Source of the DNA: Promethearchaeia archaeon
Lineage (GTDB): Archaea > Asgardarchaeota > Lokiarchaeia > Sigyniarchaeales > SOKP01
Length of the DNA stretch: 60,416 nucleotides
Assembly: GCA_046483985.1 (NCBI GenBank)
Contig: JAWOCD010000102.1
Location: 1-60,416 of the forward strand
Direction: 5' to 3'
Each line of letters begins with the position of its first letter. Positions within the stretch are counted from its first letter, which is position 1. A program made the position numbers and the translations under genes. The notes under the pieces are model-generated. The model was not told the DNA's origin, searched no databases, and worked only from the letters and a program-made list of their open reading frames with translations. Of the stretch, positions 29,361-40,110 are shown piece by piece.

Positions 29361-30602
29361 TTAATAATCCTCGTCTCCGATTTTGGAGGGGATTTCTTTC
29401 ACGTCCGCCGCGAGCTGAGCTGCTAATTCCTCTCCTTTTTCTAATTCTTCTGCATTCGGGTAACCCTTGAACGGGAGGGGATCATATAAATCCCACTTCA
29501 TCCTTTCGGTCATTTCATTGAACACTCGCTCTGCTCCACCACTCCAGCCAAAGGAACCAAAGAATAGGGCTTTTTTGTACCAAATATGTTTCTTTTTTAA
29601 TAAGTCCATGAGATATTTCATGGGGGGGAACATATCATACTCATAGGTAGGTGTGCCAATGATTAAACCTGCCGATTTATACACATCAGACAGAATAAAG
29701 GACACATCATCGTTAGGTACCCTATAGACTGTTACGGGGACATTCTGGCTTGAAACTCCTCGGAGAATTGCATTGAGCATAACTTCTGTATTGCCATACA
29801 TTGAGCCCCAAACCACGCAGACTTGCGGTTCGGCGTAATCTTGATTATAACTTGCATATCGCTTATATTTTTTGATCACCACCTCTGGTTTCCCCCTCCA
29901 AACTAAACCGTGCGCCGGAGCCACTATGTCAATATCCACGTCCTCTAATTTCTCTATAGCCTTATCCACTTGGGGGGAAAACATAGAGACAATATTAGCA
30001 TAATAGCGGAGCATTTCACTTTCCCAGTAGGACTTACTCGCGTCAGAGGTTTTATCATCAAAAATCGTGCCGCGATGAACTCCAAAAGCTCCGAAGGCAT
30101 CACCTGAAAACAATGTCTTAGACTCTTCTTCATAGGTAACCATTGTCTCGGGCCAATGGACATTCGGAATCTCTGTAAAATGAAGTTTCTTACCGTTTCC
30201 GAGGTTTAATTCATCATCCGTTCCTACCACAATTACATTATCTTCGATTCCATAAAACTCTCTTAAGAGTTCAGCACCTTTTTTTGTAGTAACAAATTGT
30301 AAGCCAGGGGACAAAGAATTGACCATATAGGTAAATCCCGTATGGTCTGGTTCTAGATGATCCAAAATAACATAATCTATATCTTCAATCTTCACGGGGA
30401 TGGATTCTAAGTTCCGAATGAAAGTGAGGGCTGCCCCGCCCCATTCTCGGACTAATTCAACAACAGCCGTTTTTTCACCTTTCACCACATAGGAATTCAA
30501 TGCAACTCCATGAGGGATCGGCCAAATCCCTTCAAACAAGTCTTCTGTCTGAACGTTCGCGCCAACCCAATAAACGCCATCTTTTAATTTAATTGCACTC
30601 AT
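29361..30602 (-). CDS. fprA: Flavodiiron protein (FprA, O2/NO reductase)
   Basis: HLEPDH, HWPE, FSGDAFG, APAHG, SMYGNTE, FGSFGWSG. Confidence 0.95.
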   Translation of the reverse strand: MSAIKLKDGVYWVGANVQTEDLFEGIWPIPHGVALNSYVVKGEKTAVVELVREWGGAALTFIRNLESIPVKIEDIDYVILDHLEPDHTGFTYMVNSLSPGLQFVTTKKGAELLREFYGIEDNVIVVGTDDELNLGNGKKLHFTEIPNVHWPETMVTYEEESKTLFSGDAFGAFGVHRGTIFDDKTSDASKSYWESEMLRYYANIVSMFSPQVDKAIEKLEDVDIDIVAPAHGLVWRGKPEVVIKKYKRYASYNQDYAEPQVCVVWGSMYGNTEVMLNAILRGVSSQNVPVTVYRVPNDDVSFILSDVYKSAGLIIGTPTYEYDMFPPMKYLMDLLKKKHIWYKKALFFGSFGWSGGAERVFNEMTERMKWDLYDPLPFKGYPNAEELEKGEELAAQLAADVKEIPSKIGDEDY

Positions 30603-30792
30603 AATGTATTTAAAAGTAAAGATAGTCTTATATTAAAATTTAGCTCATATATTTCAAAACCTTAACACAGAAATAGTGGAACAAAACTGGATTTGAAAAA
30701 AAGAAAAAAACTTTTTGAGGATTTGAATGTGAGAGGTTAATTATCTAAAATCATAATGTCTCTCCTCTTAGTAACCAAGAAACCCACTAAAA

Positions 30793-32667
30793 TTAGCTTT
30801 CTTCTAGATTTTTCTCATAGAGAATAAAATGCCGTCCGGGTTTATAGTAATCCTTTATCGCAGTTTTTCCCTTCACTTCTATGGTTTTCCCCTCTTTAGA
30901 GCTGATATTAGTATATCCTGCTTTTTCAAATAATTTATGGGACGGGCTATTTTCTGGATCAACAGTAACTTCAATGCGAGATAAGCCATATTGTTGTAGA
31001 TGATTCTCTAACTTATCAAGTAAACGCGTTCCGATTCCCATACCTTGATATTCTGAGGCTACCCCAATCTGCCAGAAAAAAAAGGTTTTTTCATCTTTTT
31101 GAGACTGGATTCCCCATAGAATCGCAATTATATTATTGTTAGAATCTTCAGCAACAAAACACGTATTTGCACAGTAGCGAAATAAAATTCTATATACATG
31201 CACGGGATAGCACTCTAATATCCTTATTCCTTCCACAAAATCATGAATTTTTATATATTCACTTTCGTTTACGGTTCGAAAATTTAATTCTGGATTTTTC
31301 ATGGGTCTTAATCTTGAGACTTTTGACGCTTTTTTTTCAATTAATTTTTTAGTTCCTATGTCTGGACGATATTTAAAATTTCCCTCAATTTTAGAAATAG
31401 CATTCTCAACTTTCTTATTCGCGTTTTGAATGGAGTTGTTTTTAGCGATAAATGAAATTCCTCGCTCTGAGCCAACATTTAATCGATCTTGATCATCAAG
31501 ACCACAACTGTAGTATATATTTACTCCATTTTGTTGTATCTCCTCTTTATCAAAGGAAACTTCAAGCGTTTGATAAAGTTCTTGAGGATATTTGGGAGGA
31601 ACAATATATTTACATACAGTCGCTTTTGCTTCAAATTGAAGCTCTACCTTTTTTCCATGTAGTAATTTAAAGATGACATCACAGACATTATTTTTCATAA
31701 TAGAGAGCGTATTTATCCATTCAGGATCACCTGGTCTGAAGTTATATTCCACCAGTTTAATGCCATTTTTCGTAATTATAAATTGCCCATAGAGGAATCC
31801 TTGGGTTCTTTCTCCTGTTTCAGAATGATAGGCTTCAAGAGTATCTCTCATTATTCGCATTGCGATATCAAAATCCCTTTGTTGCATAAAGGGAAGCAAA
31901 AAATCAGTCGTTGCATATGAACCCATACTTGCTGTATTCGGTCCGTTGCCTCCGGGTAACAATTTTTTAAAATCTTGTACTGTGGGTGTAGGTAAGACTC
32001 GATTCTCATGTACAAAACATTGGATACTAAATTCCTCTCCCTTCATTCTTTCTTCAATAATAACTTTACTTGTCTCTCCAATATTGTTTACCAACACTCG
32101 ATGTATATATTGTTTTACTTCCTCTGGAGATGCTAGCTGGTCCCCATATACCTTTACTCCAAGCCCTTCTGTAAGACCTATTGGTTTTACTGCGACTTTC
32201 CATTCAAGCTGTTCGGCAAACGTAGTCGCTTCTTCCCCATTATCGAAAACCTCAAAAGTAGGGGCTCCACCAACATTATGACGTCTCATTAATCTCCTGG
32301 TATAGGCTTTATCGGTTTCCAATCGGGCTGCTTCTTTTGTTGGACCGAAACTTGCGATTTCATTTTTCTCTAATTCGTTTATCACACCATTTTTAAGCGG
32401 CTCAGCTGTGGTCACCAGAACTAAATCAACATTTTTCTGCTGTGCAAATCTCACAATCCCGTTAATATCATCGAATTTTCCTAGAGTATAATCATCAACT
32501 AAAGAGATGATTTCGGGATTTTTGGTACTTAAATAAGCACATACCTCTAGATCTTTTTTCTGTTTAATATTCTCAATCGTTATTTGCTCCTTGGACCAAC
32601 TACCCACGATAAGTATTCGGTTTAGGGAGTCGGGAATTAAAGATGAATTACTTTTGGATTTATTCAT
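30793..32667 (-). CDS. Fusion of a divergent PurD-like ATP-grasp ligase and an EctA-type GNAT acetyltransferase
   Basis: aa 1-445 PurD fold ([57 protein letters not shown]); aa ~460-624 GNAT ([30 protein letters not shown]). Confidence 0.85.
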   Translation of the reverse strand: MNKSKSNSSLIPDSLNRILIVGSWSKEQITIENIKQKKDLEVCAYLSTKNPEIISLVDDYTLGKFDDINGIVRFAQQKNVDLVLVTTAEPLKNGVINELEKNEIASFGPTKEAARLETDKAYTRRLMRRHNVGGAPTFEVFDNGEEATTFAEQLEWKVAVKPIGLTEGLGVKVYGDQLASPEEVKQYIHRVLVNNIGETSKVIIEERMKGEEFSIQCFVHENRVLPTPTVQDFKKLLPGGNGPNTASMGSYATTDFLLPFMQQRDFDIAMRIMRDTLEAYHSETGERTQGFLYGQFIITKNGIKLVEYNFRPGDPEWINTLSIMKNNVCDVIFKLLHGKKVELQFEAKATVCKYIVPPKYPQELYQTLEVSFDKEEIQQNGVNIYYSCGLDDQDRLNVGSERGISFIAKNNSIQNANKKVENAISKIEGNFKYRPDIGTKKLIEKKASKVSRLRPMKNPELNFRTVNESEYIKIHDFVEGIRILECYPVHVYRILFRYCANTCFVAEDSNNNIIAILWGIQSQKDEKTFFFWQIGVASEYQGMGIGTRLLDKLENHLQQYGLSRIEVTVDPENSPSHKLFEKAGYTNISSKEGKTIEVKGKTAIKDYYKPGRHFILYEKNLEES

Positions 32668-34010
32668 TCTTCAGTTTCACTTATCTGCTCATTTGTGTTT
32701 CTTCTTTTTAGACGTTCGCACTTTTCTGGTGTTAAGGGTGAGGGAACCTTCTTATTACTGGAAAGCAATTTAGTAATCCCTATTGCCTTGGAAACAGATT
32801 CAGTCTCCTCTAAATTTAAGCGAAGTGTACAATTCGCACATTCCCTATCACAAAAGTCAGTTTCATACGAATCAGGTTCTTTATAACTACAGATGACGCC
32901 TTCGTAGTTCCGGAGTATAACTTTATTGGTACCCCAAGATATTAAATAATCCGGCATAATGGGTATTTTACCACCGCCCCCTGGAGCGTCAATTACATAC
33001 CGGGGGACAGCAAAACCAGTAGTATGTCCAATTAAATGTTCCAGTATTTCAACACCTTTACTAACGGGAGTGCGGAAATGCTCCAATCCAGGGGAAAGAT
33101 CGCACTGAAATAAATAATATGGTCTTACCCGATTTTGGACAAGTTCATGTACTAATTTCTTCATAATTCGTGGACAATCGTTGATTCCTGCCAATAAAAC
33201 CGATTGATTTCCTAAGGGGATGCCCGCATTTGCTAATTTTTTCAAAGCTGTCCGAGAAGAAGAAGTAATTTCACGTGGGTGATTAAAATGAGTATTTACC
33301 CATAAAGGATGATGTTTCTTTAACATGTTAACTAGATCGTCCGTAATCCTATAAGGTAAAACTGCTGGCATCCTGCTTCCGATCCGTACAATCTCAATGT
33401 GCGGGATCTCGTCTAGTTGACTAAGGATCCAATCGAGGTATTCATTGGATAACATAAGGGGGTCACCTCCAGATAATAGAACATCTCTTACTTGAGGCGT
33501 TTCTCGTAAATAATCTAACCCTTTTTGAATATCCGATTTTGAAGGTATTGAGTTAGGATCGCCCACTTTTCTTTTTCGAGTACAATGTCGGCAATACATT
33601 GAACATCTATTGCTAACAAGAAAAAGCACCCTATCAGGATAACGATGAGTAATGCCTTCGACAGGACTATCCTTTTCTTCTGCCAAGGGATCCTCAACCT
33701 CATAATCCCCCACATTAAGCTCTCTTGGATCTAAAAATGCTTGTTTGTAAAGGGGGTCCATCTCATAATTATCAACATTAATTAATGAGAGATAATAGGG
33801 GGTGATTGACAATGGAAATTTTTGAATTGTTTCTTTTAGTTTTTTCCGTTTTTTACTATTAAATTCAATTCCCATAACCTCTTCAAAGGTTTGAATTGTC
33901 TTAATTGAATGTTCTAATTGCCAATTCCAGTCCCTCCATTTCGCTAAAGTTCCTTCTTTAGCAATTTCTTCAGATATTCTTTTTTGTTTTTTCTTATAAT
34001 CTACCATCAA
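32664..34010 (-). CDS. ablA: Lysine 2,3-aminomutase (radical SAM/PLP), AblA type
   Basis: [19 protein letters not shown] and IDAPGGGGK (both Lys-binding Asp positions retained), C-terminal FCDRECANC; GGAGG RBS upstream. Confidence 0.92.
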   Translation of the reverse strand: MMVDYKKKQKRISEEIAKEGTLAKWRDWNWQLEHSIKTIQTFEEVMGIEFNSKKRKKLKETIQKFPLSITPYYLSLINVDNYEMDPLYKQAFLDPRELNVGDYEVEDPLAEEKDSPVEGITHRYPDRVLFLVSNRCSMYCRHCTRKRKVGDPNSIPSKSDIQKGLDYLRETPQVRDVLLSGGDPLMLSNEYLDWILSQLDEIPHIEIVRIGSRMPAVLPYRITDDLVNMLKKHHPLWVNTHFNHPREITSSSRTALKKLANAGIPLGNQSVLLAGINDCPRIMKKLVHELVQNRVRPYYLFQCDLSPGLEHFRTPVSKGVEILEHLIGHTTGFAVPRYVIDAPGGGGKIPIMPDYLISWGTNKVILRNYEGVICSYKEPDSYETDFCDRECANCTLRLNLEETESVSKAIGITKLLSSNKKVPSPLTPEKCERLKRRNTNEQISETEE

Positions 34011-34527
34011 AATTTCCTCCCTTCTTACTTACGATTTTACGACATTTAAATGATCCCGACTTTTTGGGAATTTTCTAAAAATGAATTAAAAATAAATAGA
34101 GAGATCTCAAATAATCGGGGATTTGAAAGTTGATCTCATCAACAATATCTTGTCTTTTTTGATTCGTTAAATCTTTCTCTATGTGCATCTTATTTTAAAT
34201 CAAGTTAAGATAAAACACTCTATTCCTCTTTATTTATGGTTTGAGCATCCCAACTTAGAACATCAATGAATTGAATCGAGCTATCCAAAAAGGGCAAATA
34301 GCTCAATAATTAAAACATAATGAAATTCTAAAGTTTCCATTTCTTTCTCCGTTTAAAGCATTAGTTAAAAAATCTCTTAAAGTTTCTTCATCTTCAAAAC
34401 ATTAAAATGGGCCTAAGACATATTAAATAACAATATTCCTTACTTTAATATTAATATCATATTACATAAAAATTTACCTTCCTTTAATATCAATTCTCTA
34501 ATTTACAAATATTTCTCTTTTTATTCT

Positions 34528-34556
34528 TTCTGGTATATGAAAATTATATACCAGAA
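34528..34556. promoter_or_regulatory. Perfect 11-bp inverted repeat, candidate operator between divergent ablA and GTPase genes
   Basis: TTCTGGTATAT-gaaaatt-ATATACCAGAA; partial copy AATTATATACC near 34620-34630. Confidence 0.45.
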
Positions 34557-34646
34557 GTAGATAATACCCAGATATTATTCTGATTCATATTCTTTCGTTA
34601 GCATTTATACATATAGAATAATTATATACCTACAATTTGATGAAAT

Positions 34647-35177
34647 ATGGAAAGCTCTCAGATTAATGACTTGGTAAAGATAAGTCTAATCGGTCAACCA
34701 GGGGTAGGAAAAACAACAATGATGAAACTTATCGCAGAGAAGGAAATAAACCGGGTATACTTACCAACCCAAGGTTTCGATCTTAAAACAGTTAAATTCG
34801 GTAATTATAACCTGAAGGTATGGGATTTCGGCGGTCAAAAAAATTATCTCAAACGTTATATGAAAGAATACTTAATTGGTTCTGATCTCGTGTTTATTGT
34901 CACCGATTCAAGTCCGCGAAATGTACTAACATCTCGTGAGTTAATCGATTTTACCAATAATATCGTGGGAAGCGAATGCAAAATAGTAGCAGTGGCCAAT
35001 AAACAAGATTTAGTCAAAAAAGATGGACGAATGAGCTCAAGTCGTGTAGAAGATGTGCTTCACGTCGAAACTTTAGGTTTAACCGCGATTGATCCTTCTC
35101 AACGCAGTAAATTAATGAAACACATAAAAACAGAACTTGAAAATGTATTAAAAAGGAAGATAAAGGTGAATAATTAA
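34647..35177 (+). CDS. Small GTPase (Arf/Rab-like)
   Basis: GQPGVGKT, PTQG, WDFGGQ, NKQD, TA. Confidence 0.92.
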   Translation: MESSQINDLVKISLIGQPGVGKTTMMKLIAEKEINRVYLPTQGFDLKTVKFGNYNLKVWDFGGQKNYLKRYMKEYLIGSDLVFIVTDSSPRNVLTSRELIDFTNNIVGSECKIVAVANKQDLVKKDGRMSSSRVEDVLHVETLGLTAIDPSQRSKLMKHIKTELENVLKRKIKVNN

Positions 35178-35179
35178 GC

Positions 35180-35740
35180 ATGAGATTTGAGCAGAATGAA
35201 CTCTTTGGGGCGGCTTTAATCGGGTTTGATATGATCGATGGTCCATTTCTGAAATGGAAAAAGGAATTTGATAACTCTGTAAATTCGGTAAATCTTAACG
35301 ATTTTGCCATGAACTTTTATCTTGCCTTCCGAGGAGGAAACTCCGGAAAAAAACCAAGAGCAATATTATACGATAATTTTTATATTGTTGCCTTTCCAAG
35401 GGATTTGGAATTGTGCTGTCTCTTTATGAAACCACGAGGTATTGAAAAGAATATCAATGAATTAAACAAGGTCGCGAATCGGATAATTAATAAGGTAGAA
35501 GTTGAAAAAGCAAAAGAAGAGGAAGAGGGCAAACAAGAAACTGACGAGGATACCGCTGAGGAAATCAAGCGACTCATTATTAACTTGCTGAATGGAACCA
35601 AAATGACAACCCCTGAATTACGAAAATATTTTAAATTGAGCAACTCAGGAATTTGGAAAATTATGTCTGATTTGGAAAGCGCTCAGAAAATAAAACGGGT
35701 CGATAAAGACGGCAGAGCAATTGTCTGGACCGCAAACTAA
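35180..35740 (+). CDS. Longin/uDENN-like domain fused to C-terminal winged-helix HTH
   Basis: LIGFDMIDGP N-terminus; IINLL..MTTPELRKYFKLSNSGIWKIMSDLE..KI wHTH; 2-bp gap after the GTPase. Confidence 0.65.
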   Translation: MRFEQNELFGAALIGFDMIDGPFLKWKKEFDNSVNSVNLNDFAMNFYLAFRGGNSGKKPRAILYDNFYIVAFPRDLELCCLFMKPRGIEKNINELNKVANRIINKVEVEKAKEEEEGKQETDEDTAEEIKRLIINLLNGTKMTTPELRKYFKLSNSGIWKIMSDLESAQKIKRVDKDGRAIVWTAN

Positions 35741-35767
35741 TTTTTTTATTCTCCTTATTTTTTTGTT

Positions 35768-36577
35768 TTATCTGTGTCTATGTTTCCAGCCTTCCCTTTT
35801 GGTTTTATAGCGTGAAAACATCATATAACAGATATCTGGTAATTCTTTGTCTTGATTATTAAGGGTAATATAGCGTAGAATATGATTGATGGTAAAAATC
35901 GCTACTAATTCAATATGATAACTCCCGATTTTTTCTAGATTTTCCCCCGAGTAGGAAATATCCAAGCCCCTTTTATTTTGATATTTAATTTCCACAAATA
36001 TACCGGGAAATACTTCCTTTTGAATCATCCAGCCATTAGAAGCTTTTTCGACTTTAGCGCCTAAGAATTGTTCGAGCAATTCTTTATCTCCCTCTTTTAG
36101 CAATCTGAAAGGGTCTTTTCGCTGGACTAGGACTTTTTCCATTAATTCAGTTTTTGTATCGTAGTCTTTTTCAAAAGGTTCTTGATCTTCAATAGAACGT
36201 TTTAAAAACTCTAGAACAACATCGATATATGTTACAGTATCCTCTCCTGGTACCATTCGTACATGGTCACCCGAATATAAAAACTTAAGCTCGCCTTCGA
36301 TCATATCACCGAATTCGTTCCCAAAATATGTGTATAGAATGTGAATATTCACTTCAGGGAACATTTCAATTGTAATTGTCCAATCTTCGCTAAAGTCTTC
36401 CAAGTTTTCCAGCTCTGCTCCAATATCTTCCTGCACAATTTGCTCAAGCATCTCCATATCGATATCTTTAAATAATGACCATTTTGCCTTACTAAAATCT
36501 TCTAATTCTTTCCCATGTGGTCCAGTTTTCCCGGTCGCATCTATCTGACCTACGGTATAATATTTCTGACTTGTCAT
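35768..36577 (-). CDS. DUF3786-like protein with internal duplication
   Basis: W.I..EMFPEVNI...EF...FLYSG...VPGED and a second copy WMIQKEVFPGIFV...YSG. Confidence 0.55.
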   Translation of the reverse strand: MTSQKYYTVGQIDATGKTGPHGKELEDFSKAKWSLFKDIDMEMLEQIVQEDIGAELENLEDFSEDWTITIEMFPEVNIHILYTYFGNEFGDMIEGELKFLYSGDHVRMVPGEDTVTYIDVVLEFLKRSIEDQEPFEKDYDTKTELMEKVLVQRKDPFRLLKEGDKELLEQFLGAKVEKASNGWMIQKEVFPGIFVEIKYQNKRGLDISYSGENLEKIGSYHIELVAIFTINHILRYITLNNQDKELPDICYMMFSRYKTKREGWKHRHR

Positions 36578-36585
36578 ATATTAAA

Positions 36586-37920
36586 TTATATTCCTCTTTT
36601 TTTGAATTTTGCGATAAAAAAACCAAGAGTGTTCTGCAGAGTAGGAAAAAGCCTTCCAGTTCCTTGAATCGTCTTCCCCCCCATTATATAACTAGAGGAT
36701 AACCATTTCGGTAAATTTAAGGGTTCTAATTGATCCCGAAATTTCAGCATCTGGAATTCTGCCTCTTCTGGGTAAAGAGAACAAACTGAATACACCAAAA
36801 CACCTTCATTTTTTAGCAAATGTAAGGCACTTTTTAACAGATTTTCTTGGAAGATAAGATTTTGATTAAGAAACTCCCAATTTTGTCTCCATTTAAGTTC
36901 CGGATTTGACACAAAGGTTCCACTGCCCGTGCAAGGCGCATCTACGAGAATTCTATCAAATTTTACACCCTCTCGGATAGGCGGAGAAATTGCATCAGCA
37001 TTCAGAGAAACAACTTGCTCAGCACTTAACTTATTGAGTAAATTTCTTGATTGGATAATTCTTTCAAAAGAGAAATCATTAGCAATAATTAAAGCTTCAT
37101 TATTTGATTTTTGAGCCATTAAACTGGTTTTAATTCCCGGAGCCGCACACATATCGAGCAAAAAATCCCCAGATTGCGGCTTCAAGCATTTTATAACCAC
37201 TGAAGAGGCTTTATCATGAAAGAGAATATACCCTTGGCGATATAATTCACTCTCAAGCAAAGTCGTTTTGTATTTTTTGGGGATATAGATAATCTCAGGA
37301 AGATGCTCATCGAATATGAGATCTTTATCGCTTAAATTTAGAAATTTGGTGAGTCTTTTGATGACCTCCTCGTTCGATATTTTTTGATTAAGATCATTAA
37401 TCCGAAGCGATTTAAATGGTGCATTTCCCATTTTATCCATATATTCGTATTCCTTTTGAATTCGATTTAAAGAAAGATAGTCTTTAAGTCTATCAATTGT
37501 AAACGAAGGAATAGAACTCTTGATACTGAGGATTTCTTTCCTTTCTTTATGTTGAAGGGCCTTTTTCATGGAAAAAGAATTGACATTTTGTATAAATTGA
37601 TTAATTAGTTTCTTCAAATCAGAATTGAATATTGTTCCTTTTTCCAGTTCATTTTTTAGTCGATCTAATTTTGCTCGCTCATAATAAAACCGATAGCTGA
37701 GATAAAACAGAGTTGCCTTGACGGATGGATCTTGTACGTGACCAGTTCCCATATACCTTAGCGTCTTGTTAATAATATAATTGAGCGTATTCCAATGTCG
37801 GACGATTTCATTGTAATAATGGAGGATAAAGGAATTAATGCGAGCATTTGGAGGTAATTGATAGATATCGTTCGCTAAATATTTCTGGACATGTTTAATC
37901 AACCGAGTTATCTGCATCAT
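36586..37920 (-). CDS. RsmB/NOP2 family RNA m5C methyltransferase
   Basis: DMCAAPGIKT, ILVDAPCTGSG, LVYSVCS, GFFIAK. Confidence 0.92.
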   Translation of the reverse strand: MMQITRLIKHVQKYLANDIYQLPPNARINSFILHYYNEIVRHWNTLNYIINKTLRYMGTGHVQDPSVKATLFYLSYRFYYERAKLDRLKNELEKGTIFNSDLKKLINQFIQNVNSFSMKKALQHKERKEILSIKSSIPSFTIDRLKDYLSLNRIQKEYEYMDKMGNAPFKSLRINDLNQKISNEEVIKRLTKFLNLSDKDLIFDEHLPEIIYIPKKYKTTLLESELYRQGYILFHDKASSVVIKCLKPQSGDFLLDMCAAPGIKTSLMAQKSNNEALIIANDFSFERIIQSRNLLNKLSAEQVVSLNADAISPPIREGVKFDRILVDAPCTGSGTFVSNPELKWRQNWEFLNQNLIFQENLLKSALHLLKNEGVLVYSVCSLYPEEAEFQMLKFRDQLEPLNLPKWLSSSYIMGGKTIQGTGRLFPTLQNTLGFFIAKFKKRGI

Positions 37921-38050
37921 TTCAGTTTATGAAGATATCTTTATTCACGAATCTAATATAAAATAATAAGTATTTCACAAAAGAATTAAGTATTGAGAAT
38001 TCTATTAATTTATTGAATTTGGATATAATATTGAGTTTGTTGAGGATAAT

Positions 38051-38788
38051 TTGATTCCAATTATTATTGACGGACGGTCAAATGTGGGTAAAACTTCGTT
38101 AGTTAACCATATGCTTAATCCCACTAGGAGTAAAAAACCAGAAAATACTATTGGAATTAATTTTGGACTTAAAAACTATTTTCTCTTCAATCAAAATGTC
38201 TCTGCACTTTTCTGGGACTTAGCTGGTAAGCCAAAATATGATTTTCTTAGAGTGAGTTTTTATAAAAGAGCAGCTTGTTTAATTTTGGTCTGCGATGTAA
38301 CCCTTCGAAAAACGTCCAAGCGGTTTGATTACTTTATCGAACTTGCAGACGAGATGGGGCTGAATAGGGATAAGATTATTCTCTGCGGGAGTAAATCAGA
38401 TTTGGATAAACGAACGCGATTAACCACTGAAAAATTAACCCAATTAGCCAATACCTACGGTCTGTCATGTAGTATCCCAACATCTATAGTATCGAATACA
38501 AACGTGGACATTTTATTTGAATATGCACTAACCTTAGGATTATATTCCTTGGGAAGGATTAAAGAATCCCAATTTAGTTTTTACAAAAAGAATTTACAAG
38601 AGATCTTTAAATATAATTTTAAATCATTTCCCCAGGAGAAACGAAAATGTTGGGTATGCAAAAGAACGATCTATTTCGATGAATTTATCGAATCCAACTC
38701 TTTCTTATCCAATAAACGCCTCAAAAAGTTATGGACTTCCGATTATCTTGAATTTTATTGTTGTTCTTGCTATAAGGAGAAATCTTAG
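38051..38788 (+). CDS. Divergent Rab-like GTPase with C-terminal Cys-rich zinc finger
   Basis: GRSNVGKT, TIG, WDLAGK, SKSD, TS; tail CWVC...YCCSC. Confidence 0.8.
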   Translation: MIPIIIDGRSNVGKTSLVNHMLNPTRSKKPENTIGINFGLKNYFLFNQNVSALFWDLAGKPKYDFLRVSFYKRAACLILVCDVTLRKTSKRFDYFIELADEMGLNRDKIILCGSKSDLDKRTRLTTEKLTQLANTYGLSCSIPTSIVSNTNVDILFEYALTLGLYSLGRIKESQFSFYKKNLQEIFKYNFKSFPQEKRKCWVCKRTIYFDEFIESNSFLSNKRLKKLWTSDYLEFYCCSCYKEKS

Positions 38789-38883
38789 GGCTATATCTCG
38801 TAGAAAACCTTTTCCATTTATCCAGAAAGGATTCTTTAGCTATAAGTTAAAATTAATAATTTAAGATAATTTAAAATATCATA

Positions 38884-40041
38884 ATGAAAACTTCAATCTT
38901 GAAAAAAAATCTCGGCTTGATTATTGCGATATTCGGTTATGTCTATTATCTTAGCCTTCTTGCTACTTTTTGGGTCTTTATCACCGGGATTTTACTTATT
39001 TTTTTATTCATTATGCTTCCAGTCTTTCTCCTTGGTTTTATAAAACGGAGAAGACCAATTTTATTCCGTAGATTTAAAGCCCTCGGATGGGGTCTTTTAT
39101 TCATGGCACTCCTCCTCTTTCCAGCTTTTTGGCAAGTCCCTCAACAGATAAACGTGAGAGTAAATAAAAAAAATAAACTGATTACCCCCAAAGCGGATGC
39201 AGTTAACGACTACGCAGACCAATTCAAGAACGAATATAGTAACTATTCTGAAATGAGTTTTGAACAGATCGGGACAGCGGTGAGAAATTATACATTTCAA
39301 GAAGTCGAATGGGAGCTTGATATTCTAACATATGGAATAATGGCACATCAAGCGACTCCCTCGGAATGCATTACACGGGGGACGGATGATTGTCAGGGTC
39401 AAGCAGTTGTTATGGCTTCTCTTCTATTAAATTTGGAATATGAACATGTGTGGGTGGTGGAAACTCCTTTTCATTGGTGGGTGTTATTATCTGAAGAAGC
39501 GCTTCCCGATGGTTGGGAAAAGGAAGTTGAGACATTTCTAAAAAGGGATGATGTACATCAAATAAACCGTGGGGGCACCAATGATCTCGGAGAAAGGAAT
39601 TGGGAAGAACCATTGATGATTTTCAACCACGAAGAACTTTTGTATCCGTACAGTCCTTTGGAATCTATCTGGATTTGTCTAACCACCGGACCGTATTTCC
39701 AGAGACAACTCACTCCATTGTTATTTAGCCATCAAATTCTCTTTCTAATAGCTGGTATGTTTGCATTAGCCTTCCCCTTTGTGGGATGGGCAAGCTATCA
39801 ATCCTCCAACAAAACTACATCTTCCATGAAAAAATTAAAAATCAAGAAAAAACTTCTCTTAAAGAAGTGGATCATTAGTGGATTATGTTTAGTTGGAGTT
39901 ATGGTATTGTGGGGTATAATTGTCCAATTCACCTCGCTTATGAATTTTGGGACTCTCATTGCAATGATTGGGTTCAGCGTGTGGGGAATATTAGCTTCAG
40001 AGCCTAAACTCTGGAAAGCAATAGGAATAACCAAAAAATAA
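38884..40041 (+). CDS. Membrane protein with transglutaminase-like domain
   Basis: GTDDCQGQAVVMASLL and FHWWV motifs flanked by TM helices. Confidence 0.75.
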   Translation: MKTSILKKNLGLIIAIFGYVYYLSLLATFWVFITGILLIFLFIMLPVFLLGFIKRRRPILFRRFKALGWGLLFMALLLFPAFWQVPQQINVRVNKKNKLITPKADAVNDYADQFKNEYSNYSEMSFEQIGTAVRNYTFQEVEWELDILTYGIMAHQATPSECITRGTDDCQGQAVVMASLLLNLEYEHVWVVETPFHWWVLLSEEALPDGWEKEVETFLKRDDVHQINRGGTNDLGERNWEEPLMIFNHEELLYPYSPLESIWICLTTGPYFQRQLTPLLFSHQILFLIAGMFALAFPFVGWASYQSSNKTTSSMKKLKIKKKLLLKKWIISGLCLVGVMVLWGIIVQFTSLMNFGTLIAMIGFSVWGILASEPKLWKAIGITKK

Positions 40042-40110
40042 CTTCAGTACATTATTTTCCTTTAACACGTCGTATGAAAAATCCCAGCAACCTGTTTTCC
40101 CGAATTTATG

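Noticed and set aside
30793-32667. Annotation as ordinary purD
   Set aside because: Substrate-side motifs are altered, a GNAT is fused, the gene is coupled to ablA, and no canonical pur genes are adjacent.
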